Source: Verrucomicrobiia bacterium (GTDB lineage: Bacteria > Verrucomicrobiota > Verrucomicrobiia > Limisphaerales > UBA1319). Taken from it: a stretch of DNA of 64,000 nucleotides. Of this stretch, positions 8,500 through 17,797 are shown piece after piece. Where the stretch lies: contig OY760937.1 in NCBI GenBank assembly GCA_963664225.1, forward strand, positions 448,001 through 512,000. Reading direction: 5' to 3'. The notes beneath the pieces are model-generated. The model searched no databases and was not told where the DNA came from. It saw nothing but the letters and a program-made list of their open reading frames with translations. Both the position numbers and the translations under genes were made by a program. Numbering within the stretch: position 1 is the stretch's first letter; each line of letters starts with the position of its first letter.

Positions 8500-9611
8500 C
8501 AGGCGACTTTCTCAGAGACGGGTTTTGCATTTCTGGTGACCCACACCAGCCAGGCGACCGTCGCCAGTCCGGCCACAAATAAAAACAGGAACAGCCCCAC
8601 AACCGACCAGTTGGTTTCCACCTGGCGGTTCCAGACATCCAATCCCTTGCCTGCGAGGGTCAAATCGCGGATTCCATCGCGGAACATCGTCCAGGCAAGC
8701 ATTCCCACCAAACCGCAGATACCTGCGATCCATCCCAGGGCCTTGCCGGTTGGTTTTGCGAATGCAGACCAAATTCCAACCAGAAAAACCAGTGCGGCGA
8801 TTCCAAACCCGACGTAAGCCGCTATTTGATAGACCGGGTTGGACGTGAGGCCCTGACGCACGGTTTCCGGTTGCGCCTGGAAAACCTTCCAGGCCACGAA
8901 GGATTGAACGATGACCATGACCACGGCGATGCGGCCGCCATTTCCTGACAGAAAACTGCGGACATCTCCGGAGAGATTTTTGCGGCCTGCCAGATAAAGC
9001 ATCCACAGACCCGCCATCGTTAAACCGCCTGTGATCATGAATCCCCAGCGCGCCATCGAGGTGGCATCATGCGGCGGCAAATGGGCGCCAATGCCCGAGG
9101 CCGAATACATCTGATTCCACACTTCGGGCCGCAGCATCAAGGTCATGTTTGTGGTGTAAATCTTGGCGATGCTGGCAGCCAGCAGCCACGAAACCAGACC
9201 CAAGGGCCACGCGGTCCGGCCCGACTCGATGCGCGCGGCAAATTGATAAAGCAGCCAGTAACAGGCCATGAGGAGGAAAACCACGCCAATCCAATAGACG
9301 CCAATCAGGATGCTGCTGGTGTAGAGGGCGCGTCCGTAGAGCACCTGCGCGAACAACAGCGGCGGAACCCCCAGGTTGATCACATAGGTCATGACGATGG
9401 GCAGACGCCGCGCCATCGTCGATGCGGCGTTCAAATGCACCGCCGAACCGCTCAATTTGCCACGAAAACTCAGCCACACCGCCACCAGTATTCCACCGAG
9501 CATCATTTCCACGGAAATGAAATGGAGCGCCAAAGTGAGAATATGCAGCGCCTTGAACATCCAGACCGGCGCGGGCAGGGGAATGGGATCGACAGCGGGG
9601 AATAGGTTCAT
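8499..9611 (-). CDS. Polytopic membrane protein, probable second (CydA'-like) subunit of a bd-like oxidase
   Basis: About 9-10 TM helices; His in helix 1 (ALHFIS), INLGVPPLLFAQVLYG, late FRDGIR paralleling the AREMLR motif of 5452-6858. Start placed at ATG 9611 (MNLFPAVDP). Confidence 0.55.
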   Translation of the reverse strand: MNLFPAVDPIPLPAPVWMFKALHILTLALHFISVEMMLGGILVAVWLSFRGKLSGSAVHLNAASTMARRLPIVMTYVINLGVPPLLFAQVLYGRALYTSSILIGVYWIGVVFLLMACYWLLYQFAARIESGRTAWPLGLVSWLLAASIAKIYTTNMTLMLRPEVWNQMYSASGIGAHLPPHDATSMARWGFMITGGLTMAGLWMLYLAGRKNLSGDVRSFLSGNGGRIAVVMVIVQSFVAWKVFQAQPETVRQGLTSNPVYQIAAYVGFGIAALVFLVGIWSAFAKPTGKALGWIAGICGLVGMLAWTMFRDGIRDLTLAGKGLDVWNRQVETNWSVVGLFLFLFVAGLATVAWLVWVTRNAKPVSEKVA

Positions 9612-9797
9612 GGGTTCACGAGGTGGGCAGGCCGGAGCGACGCAAACCCGCACATTTCAAAGTGCGGGAGGCGCGCCTTGGGCTCAGCGGTACTCCGGTT
9701 ATTGAGAACGATTTTCATATCGATTGGAGCGAACTTTATCATAAAACCAATATTGTGCAAATTAACTATAATAATGCAAACAATAATAAACCATAAT

Positions 9798-9829
9798 AAA
9801 AAAACACCCCCGGTTTTGGAGGTGTTTTT
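9798..9829 (-). terminator. Terminator of the 9881-10405 gene
   Basis: On the minus strand AAAAACACCTCC-AAAACC-GGGGGTGTTTTTTT. Confidence 0.7.
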
Positions 9830-9880
9830 GCGCCGCCCGGTTTCCTGCTTTTCGACAGGCAGATGGAGCGGTTTTTGGAA

Positions 9881-10405
9881 TTAGTTGCTGATCATGGGAC
9901 AACCATCCATATACCCTTTCCCCCTGCCCCATCCCATGCCCATTCCACGTCCACAATTGCGTCCATGGCGACCACGTTGCATTCCGAATGGATCCATCCG
10001 TTGTAAAAAAGTCTGGTCTGCGGCGCCAAGGGTGCCAGCCGCTTTTTTTGCGTTTAACGCTGCAACGGCCGGGCACACGGGGGCTGTTGTGCCAAACGCC
10101 TGCGGGGTAAACGCACGACCAGCTCCGCGCGCCGGGGTGCCGGTGATGCAAATACCGCCGCGTTGTTCAGCCTTGTCGAGCCAGGCTTGTTCGGCCGCAT
10201 TGAGGGTTCCAGCAGCTTTTTTGGCGCGCAAAACTGCAACGGTGGTTTGCATTAGTTCGCGGCGCTGAGAACGTTGTTCAGAGCTCAGGCCCAGTCCCCG
10301 GCCCCTTTCCAGGGACGGCAGGGGATTGGTCTGTGCGTTGACATCTGCCATCAGGGCGACCAACCCTGCGAGCACCGTGGCGAGGTATCGAATTCTTATT
10401 TTCAT
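9881..10405 (-). CDS. Small exported protein with an internal repeat and a Gly/Arg/Met/Cys-rich tail (CpxP/ZraP-like accessory candidate)
   Basis: Signal peptide (VNA-Q); repeat LRAKKAAGTLNAAEQAWL / LNAKKAAGTLGAADQTFL; GRNCGRGMGMGWGRG tail; divergent from a two-component system. Confidence 0.6.
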   Translation of the reverse strand: MKIRIRYLATVLAGLVALMADVNAQTNPLPSLERGRGLGLSSEQRSQRRELMQTTVAVLRAKKAAGTLNAAEQAWLDKAEQRGGICITGTPARGAGRAFTPQAFGTTAPVCPAVAALNAKKAAGTLGAADQTFLQRMDPFGMQRGRHGRNCGRGMGMGWGRGKGYMDGCPMISN

Positions 10406-10513
10406 GATATTCTCTTTCTCTTTTTGTTCATACCAGGAAACGCCCTGGAATCTCTGTCTTCACTATAAATAGACTCCCCCTTTGTTAAGCTTTCGTGTGC
10501 AAGCGGCAGGAAT

Positions 10514-10532
10514 ATTGTAAAGGGATTGTAAA
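10514..10532. promoter_or_regulatory. Candidate OmpR/CpxR-family binding site
   Basis: Direct repeat ATTGTAAA-GGG-ATTGTAAA (11-bp period) in the divergent promoter region. Confidence 0.5.
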
Positions 10533-10609
10533 AGTTGGAGCATTCCTGAAATGGATGCCATAATGTGAATTGGAGATCACCGGGAATGTGCGATGTCGGA
10601 CGCTGCATC

Positions 10610-11377
10610 ATGAATGAACCAAAGCATGCTCAAAATGTTCGGGAAACGGATGCGGAGGGCCGTCACCGTCTTTTGATGATCGATGATGACCGGAAATTGT
10701 GCCGCCTCATCAGGGATTACCTGGAACCGCTCGGTTATGAGGTTCATGCCGTTTACACGGGGCCGGATGGTTTGCAGAAGGCGCTTGGAGAGACATGGCA
10801 GGCGGTGCTCCTGGATGTCATGCTGCCAGGGATGGATGGCTTGGAGGTTCTCAAACAGATTCGTGCGAAATCCGATGTTCCGGTGTTGATGCTGACCGCG
10901 CGCGGAGAGCCGCCGGACCGTATTGTCGGTTTGGAGTTGGGCGCGGACGATTACCTGCCAAAGACCTTTACCACGCGCGAATTGCTGGCCCGCCTGCGCG
11001 CGGTGATCCGTCGAAGTGCGATCCAGAAACCAAACGCAGTGGGGCAGGGGGCGGAAGAGTTGGTTGTGGGCGGTTTGCGGATTCTTACCGGACCACATCT
11101 GGCTACCTTCGGGGATCAACCGCTCTCGCTGACTCCCGTGGAATATGATTTGTTACTGGCACTGGCGCGGGCCAAGGGCCGGGTGAAAACGAGGGAAATG
11201 CTTTTGGAGGATATTCGGGACCGCCAGTATGAGGCGTTTGACCGGTCCATCGACGTGCACATTTCATCTTTGCGCAGGAAGTTGGGGGACGACCCGAGGA
11301 CGCCCCGATATATCCGCACGGTGCGCGCCGCTGGTTATATGCTGGTCGATCCCCGGGAACCTGACTTTGAGCCATGA
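10610..11377 (+). CDS. OmpR/CpxR-family response regulator
   Basis: Receiver (IDDD, LLDVMLPGMDG, GADDYLPK) plus winged helix (RSIDVHISSLRRKL, IRTVR). Start placed at ATG 10610. Confidence 0.93.
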   Translation: MNEPKHAQNVRETDAEGRHRLLMIDDDRKLCRLIRDYLEPLGYEVHAVYTGPDGLQKALGETWQAVLLDVMLPGMDGLEVLKQIRAKSDVPVLMLTARGEPPDRIVGLELGADDYLPKTFTTRELLARLRAVIRRSAIQKPNAVGQGAEELVVGGLRILTGPHLATFGDQPLSLTPVEYDLLLALARAKGRVKTREMLLEDIRDRQYEAFDRSIDVHISSLRRKLGDDPRTPRYIRTVRAAGYMLVDPREPDFEP

Positions 11378-12864
11378 AAACGGGACTGCCACTTTACGCA
11401 AAAATCCTGATCTGGTTTTTTCTGAACCTGCTGCTCCTGGTTCTGGCCTTTTGGATTGGCATTCGCGCGCAATTATACTCGGGATTCGATACGCTGCTTT
11501 CCGCGCGCGCGGGTGAGCGGATGCAGGTTCTGGGTGATTTGGTGGGAGGCGAGTTGAGGGACAGCCCGGTTGCCGAATGGAATCGCGTTTTGGCACGGTT
11601 CAGCGCGGCCTACAAGGTTCAACTGATTCTCTTGGACGGGAACGGCAAGGTGCTGGCGGGAGGGTCTGTTATACTGCCGGAGGCGGTGTTGAAAAGCATG
11701 GGCACTCCGGCTTCGATGAGTGTTACACGTCAGCGCGGCCGGGGCGGGCCTCCCTGGGCCGTTTCCGGCACAACCACGACCGATGGGGGTGGCATTGGGA
11801 TGGGGATGGGAGGCGGGGCGGGGTTGGGGTGGGAATTCAAGTTTTTCATTCGCACAGACAGCCCAACGCGTTACTGGGCGGGGATGCGATTGCCAGCCGT
11901 GGCGGCGGGTCATCCCGATTGGCGTCCCATCACGCTTGTGGCAGTGTCGGATTCGTTGAGCGGCGGGGGGCTGTTTTTCGATGTTGGCTCATGGCTGGCC
12001 GTGGCTGGGGCCGTGGTCGTGCTCTCCGTTTTGTTCTGGCTGCCATTGGTGCGTGGCATTACGCGCGCCACAAGCCTCATGACAAAGGCCACGGGGCAGA
12101 TGGCCGAGGGTCATTTGGAAGCCCGGGTGGAACTGCACCGGAGTGACGAACTGGGACGGCTTGCGCAATCCATCAACCTCATGGCCGGTCGTCTTGAGAC
12201 TTACGTTTCCGGTCAACGCCAGTTTCTGGGAGCCACAGCGCACGAATTATGCTCGCCGCTGGCGCGCATTCAGGTCGCCCTTGGAATTCTCGAGCAGCGC
12301 GCCTCATCGCAGGAGCAGGAACGCTTCAAGGATTTGCGCGAGGATGTCGATTCCATGTCCCGAATAGTGCATGAATTGCTGTCCTTTTCGAAAGCCTCCT
12401 TTGGCACCGCCGCGGTTCAACTCCAGTCGGTCCCGCTGTTTTCCGCGGTTGAGCGTGCTGTACAACGGGAGGTTCCACCCCCAACGACAGTCCAGATTCA
12501 CATTCCCGGGAGCCTGGCGGTGATGGCCGAACCGGACCTGCTGCAACGCGCCCTGGGCAATATCCTGCGCAACGCGGTTCGATACGCGGGCGACGCCGGG
12601 CCTGTCATCATTACGGCGGAGAAGAACGCGGATGGTGCGATCCTGTCCATTGCGGACAGTGGGTCTGGGGTGCCCGAGGAGGCGCTCCCCATGTTGTTCG
12701 ATCCGTTTTATCGCGTGGAAAGCTCCCGTTCGCGCGATACCGGCGGGGCGGGGCTTGGTCTGACGATCGTGAAAACGTGCGTTGAAGCGTGCGGAGGTAC
12801 GGTGAGTTGCCATAACCGGAAACCTGCGGGATTCGAGGTTGTGGTGAATCTGACCTGCGGTTGA
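11374..12864 (+). CDS. HAMP-domain sensor histidine kinase (CpxA-like)
   Basis: Two TM helices, HAMP (DELGRLA), H-box AHELCSPL, NAVRY, DSGSG, FYR, GAGLGL; ATGA overlap with the regulator. Confidence 0.93.
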   Translation: MKTGLPLYAKILIWFFLNLLLLVLAFWIGIRAQLYSGFDTLLSARAGERMQVLGDLVGGELRDSPVAEWNRVLARFSAAYKVQLILLDGNGKVLAGGSVILPEAVLKSMGTPASMSVTRQRGRGGPPWAVSGTTTTDGGGIGMGMGGGAGLGWEFKFFIRTDSPTRYWAGMRLPAVAAGHPDWRPITLVAVSDSLSGGGLFFDVGSWLAVAGAVVVLSVLFWLPLVRGITRATSLMTKATGQMAEGHLEARVELHRSDELGRLAQSINLMAGRLETYVSGQRQFLGATAHELCSPLARIQVALGILEQRASSQEQERFKDLREDVDSMSRIVHELLSFSKASFGTAAVQLQSVPLFSAVERAVQREVPPPTTVQIHIPGSLAVMAEPDLLQRALGNILRNAVRYAGDAGPVIITAEKNADGAILSIADSGSGVPEEALPMLFDPFYRVESSRSRDTGGAGLGLTIVKTCVEACGGTVSCHNRKPAGFEVVVNLTCG

Positions 12865-13001
12865 GAGGCAAAACGACCTTGATTAAGGCGCGAGCGTTGT
12901 TGATTCAGGAAAGGGTGGGATTGGGAGCTTAAACCGCGAACATAGGGGTTGACGATGGCGGCGTTGCCACGCCTCCTGTATCAAAGTAAAAAATAAGAAC
13001 C

Positions 13002-14186
13002 ATGAGCGATCAGGAATCGAAACCGTTGTATAAGGCTGGGGCTGGGATGGCTGGCAGGGAGTCACACGATGCCCAACTGGATCAATTGCGCGGGCAAATC
13101 GACAGCATTGACAAACAATTAGTCGAACTCCTGGCCCAGCGAAAGCGCACGGTCGAGCAGGTGGTCCAGGTAAAGCAACAGCATGATTTACCGACATTCC
13201 ATCCAGCTCGCGAAGAGAACCTGATCTCGGCTCGCCGAAAACAGGCCGGGCAGGCTGGATTGGATCCTGATTATATCGAGGACCTGTTTCGCACGGTTCT
13301 GCGACATTCGCGCGTAGGGCAATTGGACACCCTCGGACGTCGGGGCGTTCGACCGGGCGCGAAGGTGCTTATCGTTGGCGGACGAGGAAATATGGGCCGG
13401 TTTCTGGCTCGATGGTTCACACAATCGGACTACGAAGTGCGCATCCTGGATCAGGAGGATTGGCCCCGGGCACAGTCACTGGCAGCCGACATTGATCTAT
13501 GCCTGCTGGCGGTACCCATTGGCGTTACCCCCACCGTAGCCGTCCAGATCGCGGGCCATCTTCCACAAGGTTGCGTTCTGGCCGACATTACAAGCCTCAA
13601 AAGCGAACCGTTGGCAGCCATGCTGCGGGCGTACAGCGGACCCGTTGTGGGCCTCCATCCGCTCTTTGGCCCGGCGACAACCACCATGGACAAGCAGATT
13701 GTCGCCATCTGTCCGGGACGCCAACCTGAGGCCTGCAAATGGCTGCTCGACCAATTGACCCTTTGGGGAAACGTCCTGGTCGAGACCCCGGCCGAGGAGC
13801 ATGATGAGATCATGGGCATTGTGCAGTCCGTGAGACATTTCGCCACGTTTGCATTTGGTCAGTTCCTGTGTTCGCAGCAGGTTCCCATTCTCCGCACGCT
13901 CGAATTGTCGAGTCCGATCTACAGGCTGGAGTTGGCGATGGTGGGTCGGCTTTTTGCCCAGGACCCATCCCTGTATGCCGAAATTGTGTTTGCCACGCCT
14001 TCGCGCATTTCGCTGCTCAAGACCTTTATCGATTCACTAAACGGGAATCTGAACCTGATCGAGCGAGGGGATAAAGAGGAGTTCGCCGCCCGGTTTCGAA
14101 AAGTGGCCGAGTGGTTTGGGCCCTTCAGCGAACAGGCGATGCGGGAGAGCACATTCCTGGTGGAAAAGCTCGTGCATCGCTTTTGA
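13002..14186 (+). CDS. tyrA: Bifunctional chorismate mutase / prephenate dehydrogenase (T-protein)
   Basis: AroQ-type LRGQIDSIDKQLVELLAQR, Rossmann IVGGRGNMG, DITSLK, LHPLFGP, HDEIMGIVQ, RLFAQDP. Confidence 0.9.
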   Translation: MSDQESKPLYKAGAGMAGRESHDAQLDQLRGQIDSIDKQLVELLAQRKRTVEQVVQVKQQHDLPTFHPAREENLISARRKQAGQAGLDPDYIEDLFRTVLRHSRVGQLDTLGRRGVRPGAKVLIVGGRGNMGRFLARWFTQSDYEVRILDQEDWPRAQSLAADIDLCLLAVPIGVTPTVAVQIAGHLPQGCVLADITSLKSEPLAAMLRAYSGPVVGLHPLFGPATTTMDKQIVAICPGRQPEACKWLLDQLTLWGNVLVETPAEEHDEIMGIVQSVRHFATFAFGQFLCSQQVPILRTLELSSPIYRLELAMVGRLFAQDPSLYAEIVFATPSRISLLKTFIDSLNGNLNLIERGDKEEFAARFRKVAEWFGPFSEQAMRESTFLVEKLVHRF

Positions 14187-14219
14187 TCGCTCACGCCAGA
14201 CTTGGCCCAGACGGAAGCG

Positions 14220-15176
14220 TCACCTTTGATGGGTTGATCCCGCGATCTTTTTGAGACGGTTTGCAATGAATTCGGGCGACTTTAATTCCGGGTAAAGCGC
14301 CACGGTATATTGCAGGTGAAATGTATCACCGGCATGGTAGGTAAGGGGATTGTTATCCAAACCCTGAGTCGCTGAAACGTAGGCAAACGGCTTTCGCATC
14401 GTGAAAAACCGCGCAGGACCTCCCGCGTTGTCTGGATGACCGTAAATCACCAGGGTGGCCGGTTTGCCAGGCGCGTCGAAGGAGACGGATGCCCAGTCGC
14501 CGGGCGCCACGTCCTGTTTTTCATCACTAAGGTCAGGTGTGTTGCCGGAGTTCAAGTGCCGGGCCAGAGGATCCAATTCCTTAAGAAAACGCATTCCGAG
14601 TCCGAAGTAGTTGGCCCCGGTGAGTGTGACCCGGTTGGTCTTTGCGCCCACCTCGAAATTTGAAGCCCATTGCAGGGCCGTTTCCGATGTTTCCTCATCG
14701 AGGATCAGCGTGAGAGTGCGTTGTTCGACCAGCAGTGCCACTTTTGAGGTATCCGGCAGGAAGGCATCCTCTGGCGTCAGCCAATGAATGGTCTGCGTGA
14801 ATGTGGCTTGTGGCTTGCCTTGGGCATTGGTGATCACTTCCGGTTTGCTCGTTTTGACCGATTTCTGCACGCCGCAACCGGGTGTCTCAGACCAAAAATC
14901 GATGCCGTTGACCGCGATGCCATACATGAGCCCGTGATGGTGCAAATGATCCGAAGGCGCATCGCGCAGAACATTCTCGCCGCGCAGGGTGTGGAGTTCC
15001 TTGACGTAAGGTTTGTATGTCCCTGGCGCAAAGGAATAGACGAACACATCCTGGTCATGGAACCGCAGGGTCCAGGCGGTGGGTTGCTGGGTGGCTTCGA
15101 CCCCAAGAGGGGCCTTCTCCGCCGCTGTCAGGCAGACGGTGAGACTGGCACAGAATAAAAAGAGCGTGAGTTTCAT
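14220..15176 (-). CDS. PmoA-family (DUF6807-like) secreted beta-sandwich protein
   Basis: Signal peptide; KPY...DHLHHHGL...IDFWSE pattern typical of this PVC/Bacteroidota family. Confidence 0.65.
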   Translation of the reverse strand: MKLTLFLFCASLTVCLTAAEKAPLGVEATQQPTAWTLRFHDQDVFVYSFAPGTYKPYVKELHTLRGENVLRDAPSDHLHHHGLMYGIAVNGIDFWSETPGCGVQKSVKTSKPEVITNAQGKPQATFTQTIHWLTPEDAFLPDTSKVALLVEQRTLTLILDEETSETALQWASNFEVGAKTNRVTLTGANYFGLGMRFLKELDPLARHLNSGNTPDLSDEKQDVAPGDWASVSFDAPGKPATLVIYGHPDNAGGPARFFTMRKPFAYVSATQGLDNNPLTYHAGDTFHLQYTVALYPELKSPEFIANRLKKIAGSTHQR

Positions 15177-15218
15177 GTGTTTCTGATCTTGGAATGGCTT
15201 CTCGTTGAGGGATTCACC

Positions 15219-16502
15219 TTATAGAAGGATGTCCTCTTTGGTAAAGTCGAACTGCGCCACCTTTTTGTGCAACAGGCTGAGCATGGCCATGTTCAGCGCG
15301 ACCTGCACCTGATAGCCAAACTCGACGTCGCTGGCTGGTTTTTCACGCGTGCGCACACAGTGGATGAAGTTTTTCCAGTGCGGATAGGTGGCGTCCATTT
15401 TCCCGGCGGGGATCACCTGTTTTTCCCCCTTGAAAGGAATTACCGTCACGCTGTCGAATCCGACATTCCACTCGCCAGGATTCTGAAGGGTGATGGTGCC
15501 TTCGTCACCGCGGATGGCCGGTTCGGTCGAATAGTCGTTGGCCAGGGTGTTGACGATCACGATGGAAAGTTTCTCCGGGTAATCCAGGCACATGTTGAAA
15601 GTGTCGGGCACCTCGCGGTCATAGGTGGTGTATTTGAAAATGCCGCCAGACGCCACCGCGAGCGCCGGAAATTTGAGGCCCAGCGCGCTGACGAACGGGG
15701 TGAACACATGAGGGAACAAGTCCGTGCAAGGTCCGCCGGCGTAGTCCAGGTATTTTCTCCAACTGAAATACCGGTCCACAGTGAATGGAACCTTAGGGGC
15801 ATCGCCCAGAAAGGCCTCCCAATCCAATTCAGGCCCGGGTTTGACGTTTTTATCGGGAATGGGCATGCGTTCACCCCAATCGCCGAGGCGATAGAACCCG
15901 GCCTGGACCAGCTGCACTCTGCCGATGGCCCCTTTTTTAACCAGCTCGCCCACCTTCCTCCAGGCGGGGCTCGAGTTGCCCTGGTTGCCGATTTGCACAA
16001 TCCGCTCCAATTTTTTGGTCTCCAGGTAGAACTGTTTGCTCAGGGCCGTTTGCGACCAGTGGCCCATCGGTTTCTCGCAATAGACGTCCTTGCCCGCGTG
16101 AATGGCATCCAGGGCCTGTGGCACATGGAGCCGGTCGGGTGTCGCGATACAAACGATGTCCACGTCCTTGGACGCAAGCAACTCCTGGTGTTTTGCATGC
16201 GGCCTGGCTCCCGTCTGGCGGGCGGCTTCCTGGAGACGAAAATCATAGGCGTCGTTGACGGCGACGATCTGCAAATTCTCTCCGTCCTGTATCAGGCGCT
16301 TGACGGTGGCGACATGGCTTGAGCCGCGTCCGCCGACGCCGATAAAGCCGACCCCGAGGCGTTCATTGGCCCCCAGCACACGGTTTGAAACAAAAGGAAA
16401 CGCGCTGATGGTGCCGACCGCCGCCGTTGCCCGCGTGGCTGTTTTCATGAATTGGCGGCGATTGATCGGATTCTCGTTTTTAATGGATGTTGAATCTTTC
16501 AT
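15219..16502 (-). CDS. Tat-exported Gfo/Idh/MocA family oxidoreductase
   Basis: NRRQFMK twin-arginine signal, IGVGGRG, IATPD, GKDVYCEKP. Confidence 0.92.
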   Translation of the reverse strand: MKDSTSIKNENPINRRQFMKTATRATAAVGTISAFPFVSNRVLGANERLGVGFIGVGGRGSSHVATVKRLIQDGENLQIVAVNDAYDFRLQEAARQTGARPHAKHQELLASKDVDIVCIATPDRLHVPQALDAIHAGKDVYCEKPMGHWSQTALSKQFYLETKKLERIVQIGNQGNSSPAWRKVGELVKKGAIGRVQLVQAGFYRLGDWGERMPIPDKNVKPGPELDWEAFLGDAPKVPFTVDRYFSWRKYLDYAGGPCTDLFPHVFTPFVSALGLKFPALAVASGGIFKYTTYDREVPDTFNMCLDYPEKLSIVIVNTLANDYSTEPAIRGDEGTITLQNPGEWNVGFDSVTVIPFKGEKQVIPAGKMDATYPHWKNFIHCVRTREKPASDVEFGYQVQVALNMAMLSLLHKKVAQFDFTKEDILL

Positions 16503-17035
16503 AACTTGGCAGTCTGTCTAAAGTTCAATTCCAGATCTGTGAATGGCACGCCCGGGCCCATCGCCCCATGAACTTTCATCCTACGGTTTAATGTGGCATT
16601 GGCGCTTTTGGAACAGTCCAACCCTACTCTGGCGGCAATGTGTTTCAATGACAATGTCGCTGTAATGAAGAAAGGGGGAGGTCTCCGACAAAGCCGGTCT
16701 CGGCCTGACGGTCCTGAAAATCTGCATTCAAGCCCGCGCGGGCACGGTCAGTTGCCGCGATCGACAACCCTCAGGCTTCTAGTTTTCCCGCGAACTTATC
16801 CGCAGTTTGGAAAGCCGTCGCAAAAGACAAATCAGTCGCTTGAGTTTCAAGAAGAACGTGGCAATCTCCACGGTAAATATGTCGAGTATGACGCCAGTTG
16901 TTTTGTTTGCTAATGATCGTTCCGATCATCCAAGGGCAAATGAACTGGCAGTGAAAACAGCGTTTTATGTTTTTTTTGGGGGGACGGTGCCAAACAGCAC
17001 GCCCAGTTTACCATAATTCGCAAACTACTTGAAGA

Positions 17036-17791
17036 ATGAGCATAATGTCCAATGCATCCGAGAAGATATCGCCGGGGACTCTGATTATGAGTGTCCTCCG
17101 GGGGACCGCGTCTGGCATTGTGGAAATCGTACGCCGTCATTCGCGGACTTACGTTGCGCAGCGGCGTCATCCCGGCGTGATGTTCGCTCCCGGCTCAACT
17201 GCCGACTGCCACTGTAGCTTTGAGTCGCCGATCCGGATCTGGCACGGCACGATGCTAAGCTATGTAAACATGGGACGGCACGGCATCTGTGCGTTCAATT
17301 GCAAAATCAATCATTGCACCATTGGACGATTCTGTTCCATCGGTTCAGAGGTGTTGATTGGCCTGAGTATGCATCCCACAGATTGCGTCTCCACCTATCC
17401 AGGCTTTTATTCCGCCACAGCTCCCAATGGAAACTTCTGCGTTAACCCCCAAATAGCCGAATATCGGCCTGTTGTCATTGGTCACGATGTCTGGATTGGC
17501 CAGAACGCCATAGTGATGGGCGGTGTCACCATCGGCGACGGTGCGATAGTTGCAGCGGGTGCTGTCGTGACCAAAGATGTGCCGCCTTATGCCATCGTGG
17601 GAGGGGTTCCCGCCCGTCTCATACGCATGCGTTTCGCTGACGACATCATTTCGCAATTGTGCGCCTTGCAGTGGTGGAACTGGGAAGACGAACTGATTCA
17701 CGAGATGGCGGAATATTTCGTCAACCCGCCCTTGCTCCTGCAAAAAGTTCAGGAGCGGAAGAGCTCAATGCATGCACAGGGCAAAAAATAG
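17036..17791 (+). CDS. CatB/Vat-like hexapeptide-repeat O-acetyltransferase
   Basis: [45 protein letters not shown]. Confidence 0.88.
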   Translation: MSIMSNASEKISPGTLIMSVLRGTASGIVEIVRRHSRTYVAQRRHPGVMFAPGSTADCHCSFESPIRIWHGTMLSYVNMGRHGICAFNCKINHCTIGRFCSIGSEVLIGLSMHPTDCVSTYPGFYSATAPNGNFCVNPQIAEYRPVVIGHDVWIGQNAIVMGGVTIGDGAIVAAGAVVTKDVPPYAIVGGVPARLIRMRFADDIISQLCALQWWNWEDELIHEMAEYFVNPPLLLQKVQERKSSMHAQGKK

Positions 17792-17797
17792 GTTAGC

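Noticed and set aside
9753..9770. Rex-like operator TTGTGCAAATTAACTA
   Set aside because: Only one half-site matches and the spacing is wrong
13002..14186. tyrA fusion as a novelty
   Set aside because: The AroQ-TyrA T-protein is a well-known architecture
14220..15176. Particulate methane monooxygenase
   Set aside because: The PmoA family label is misleading: this is a soluble exported protein and there is no pmoB or pmoC
16503..17035. ncRNA or riboswitch in the 530-bp intergenic gap
   Set aside because: No tRNA fold or riboswitch consensus recognised by eye; an Rfam scan would be needed
17036..17791. Chloramphenicol or streptogramin resistance gene (catB/vat)
   Set aside because: Same fold, but the glycosyltransferase context and a GT-fused paralogue favour sugar O-acetylation
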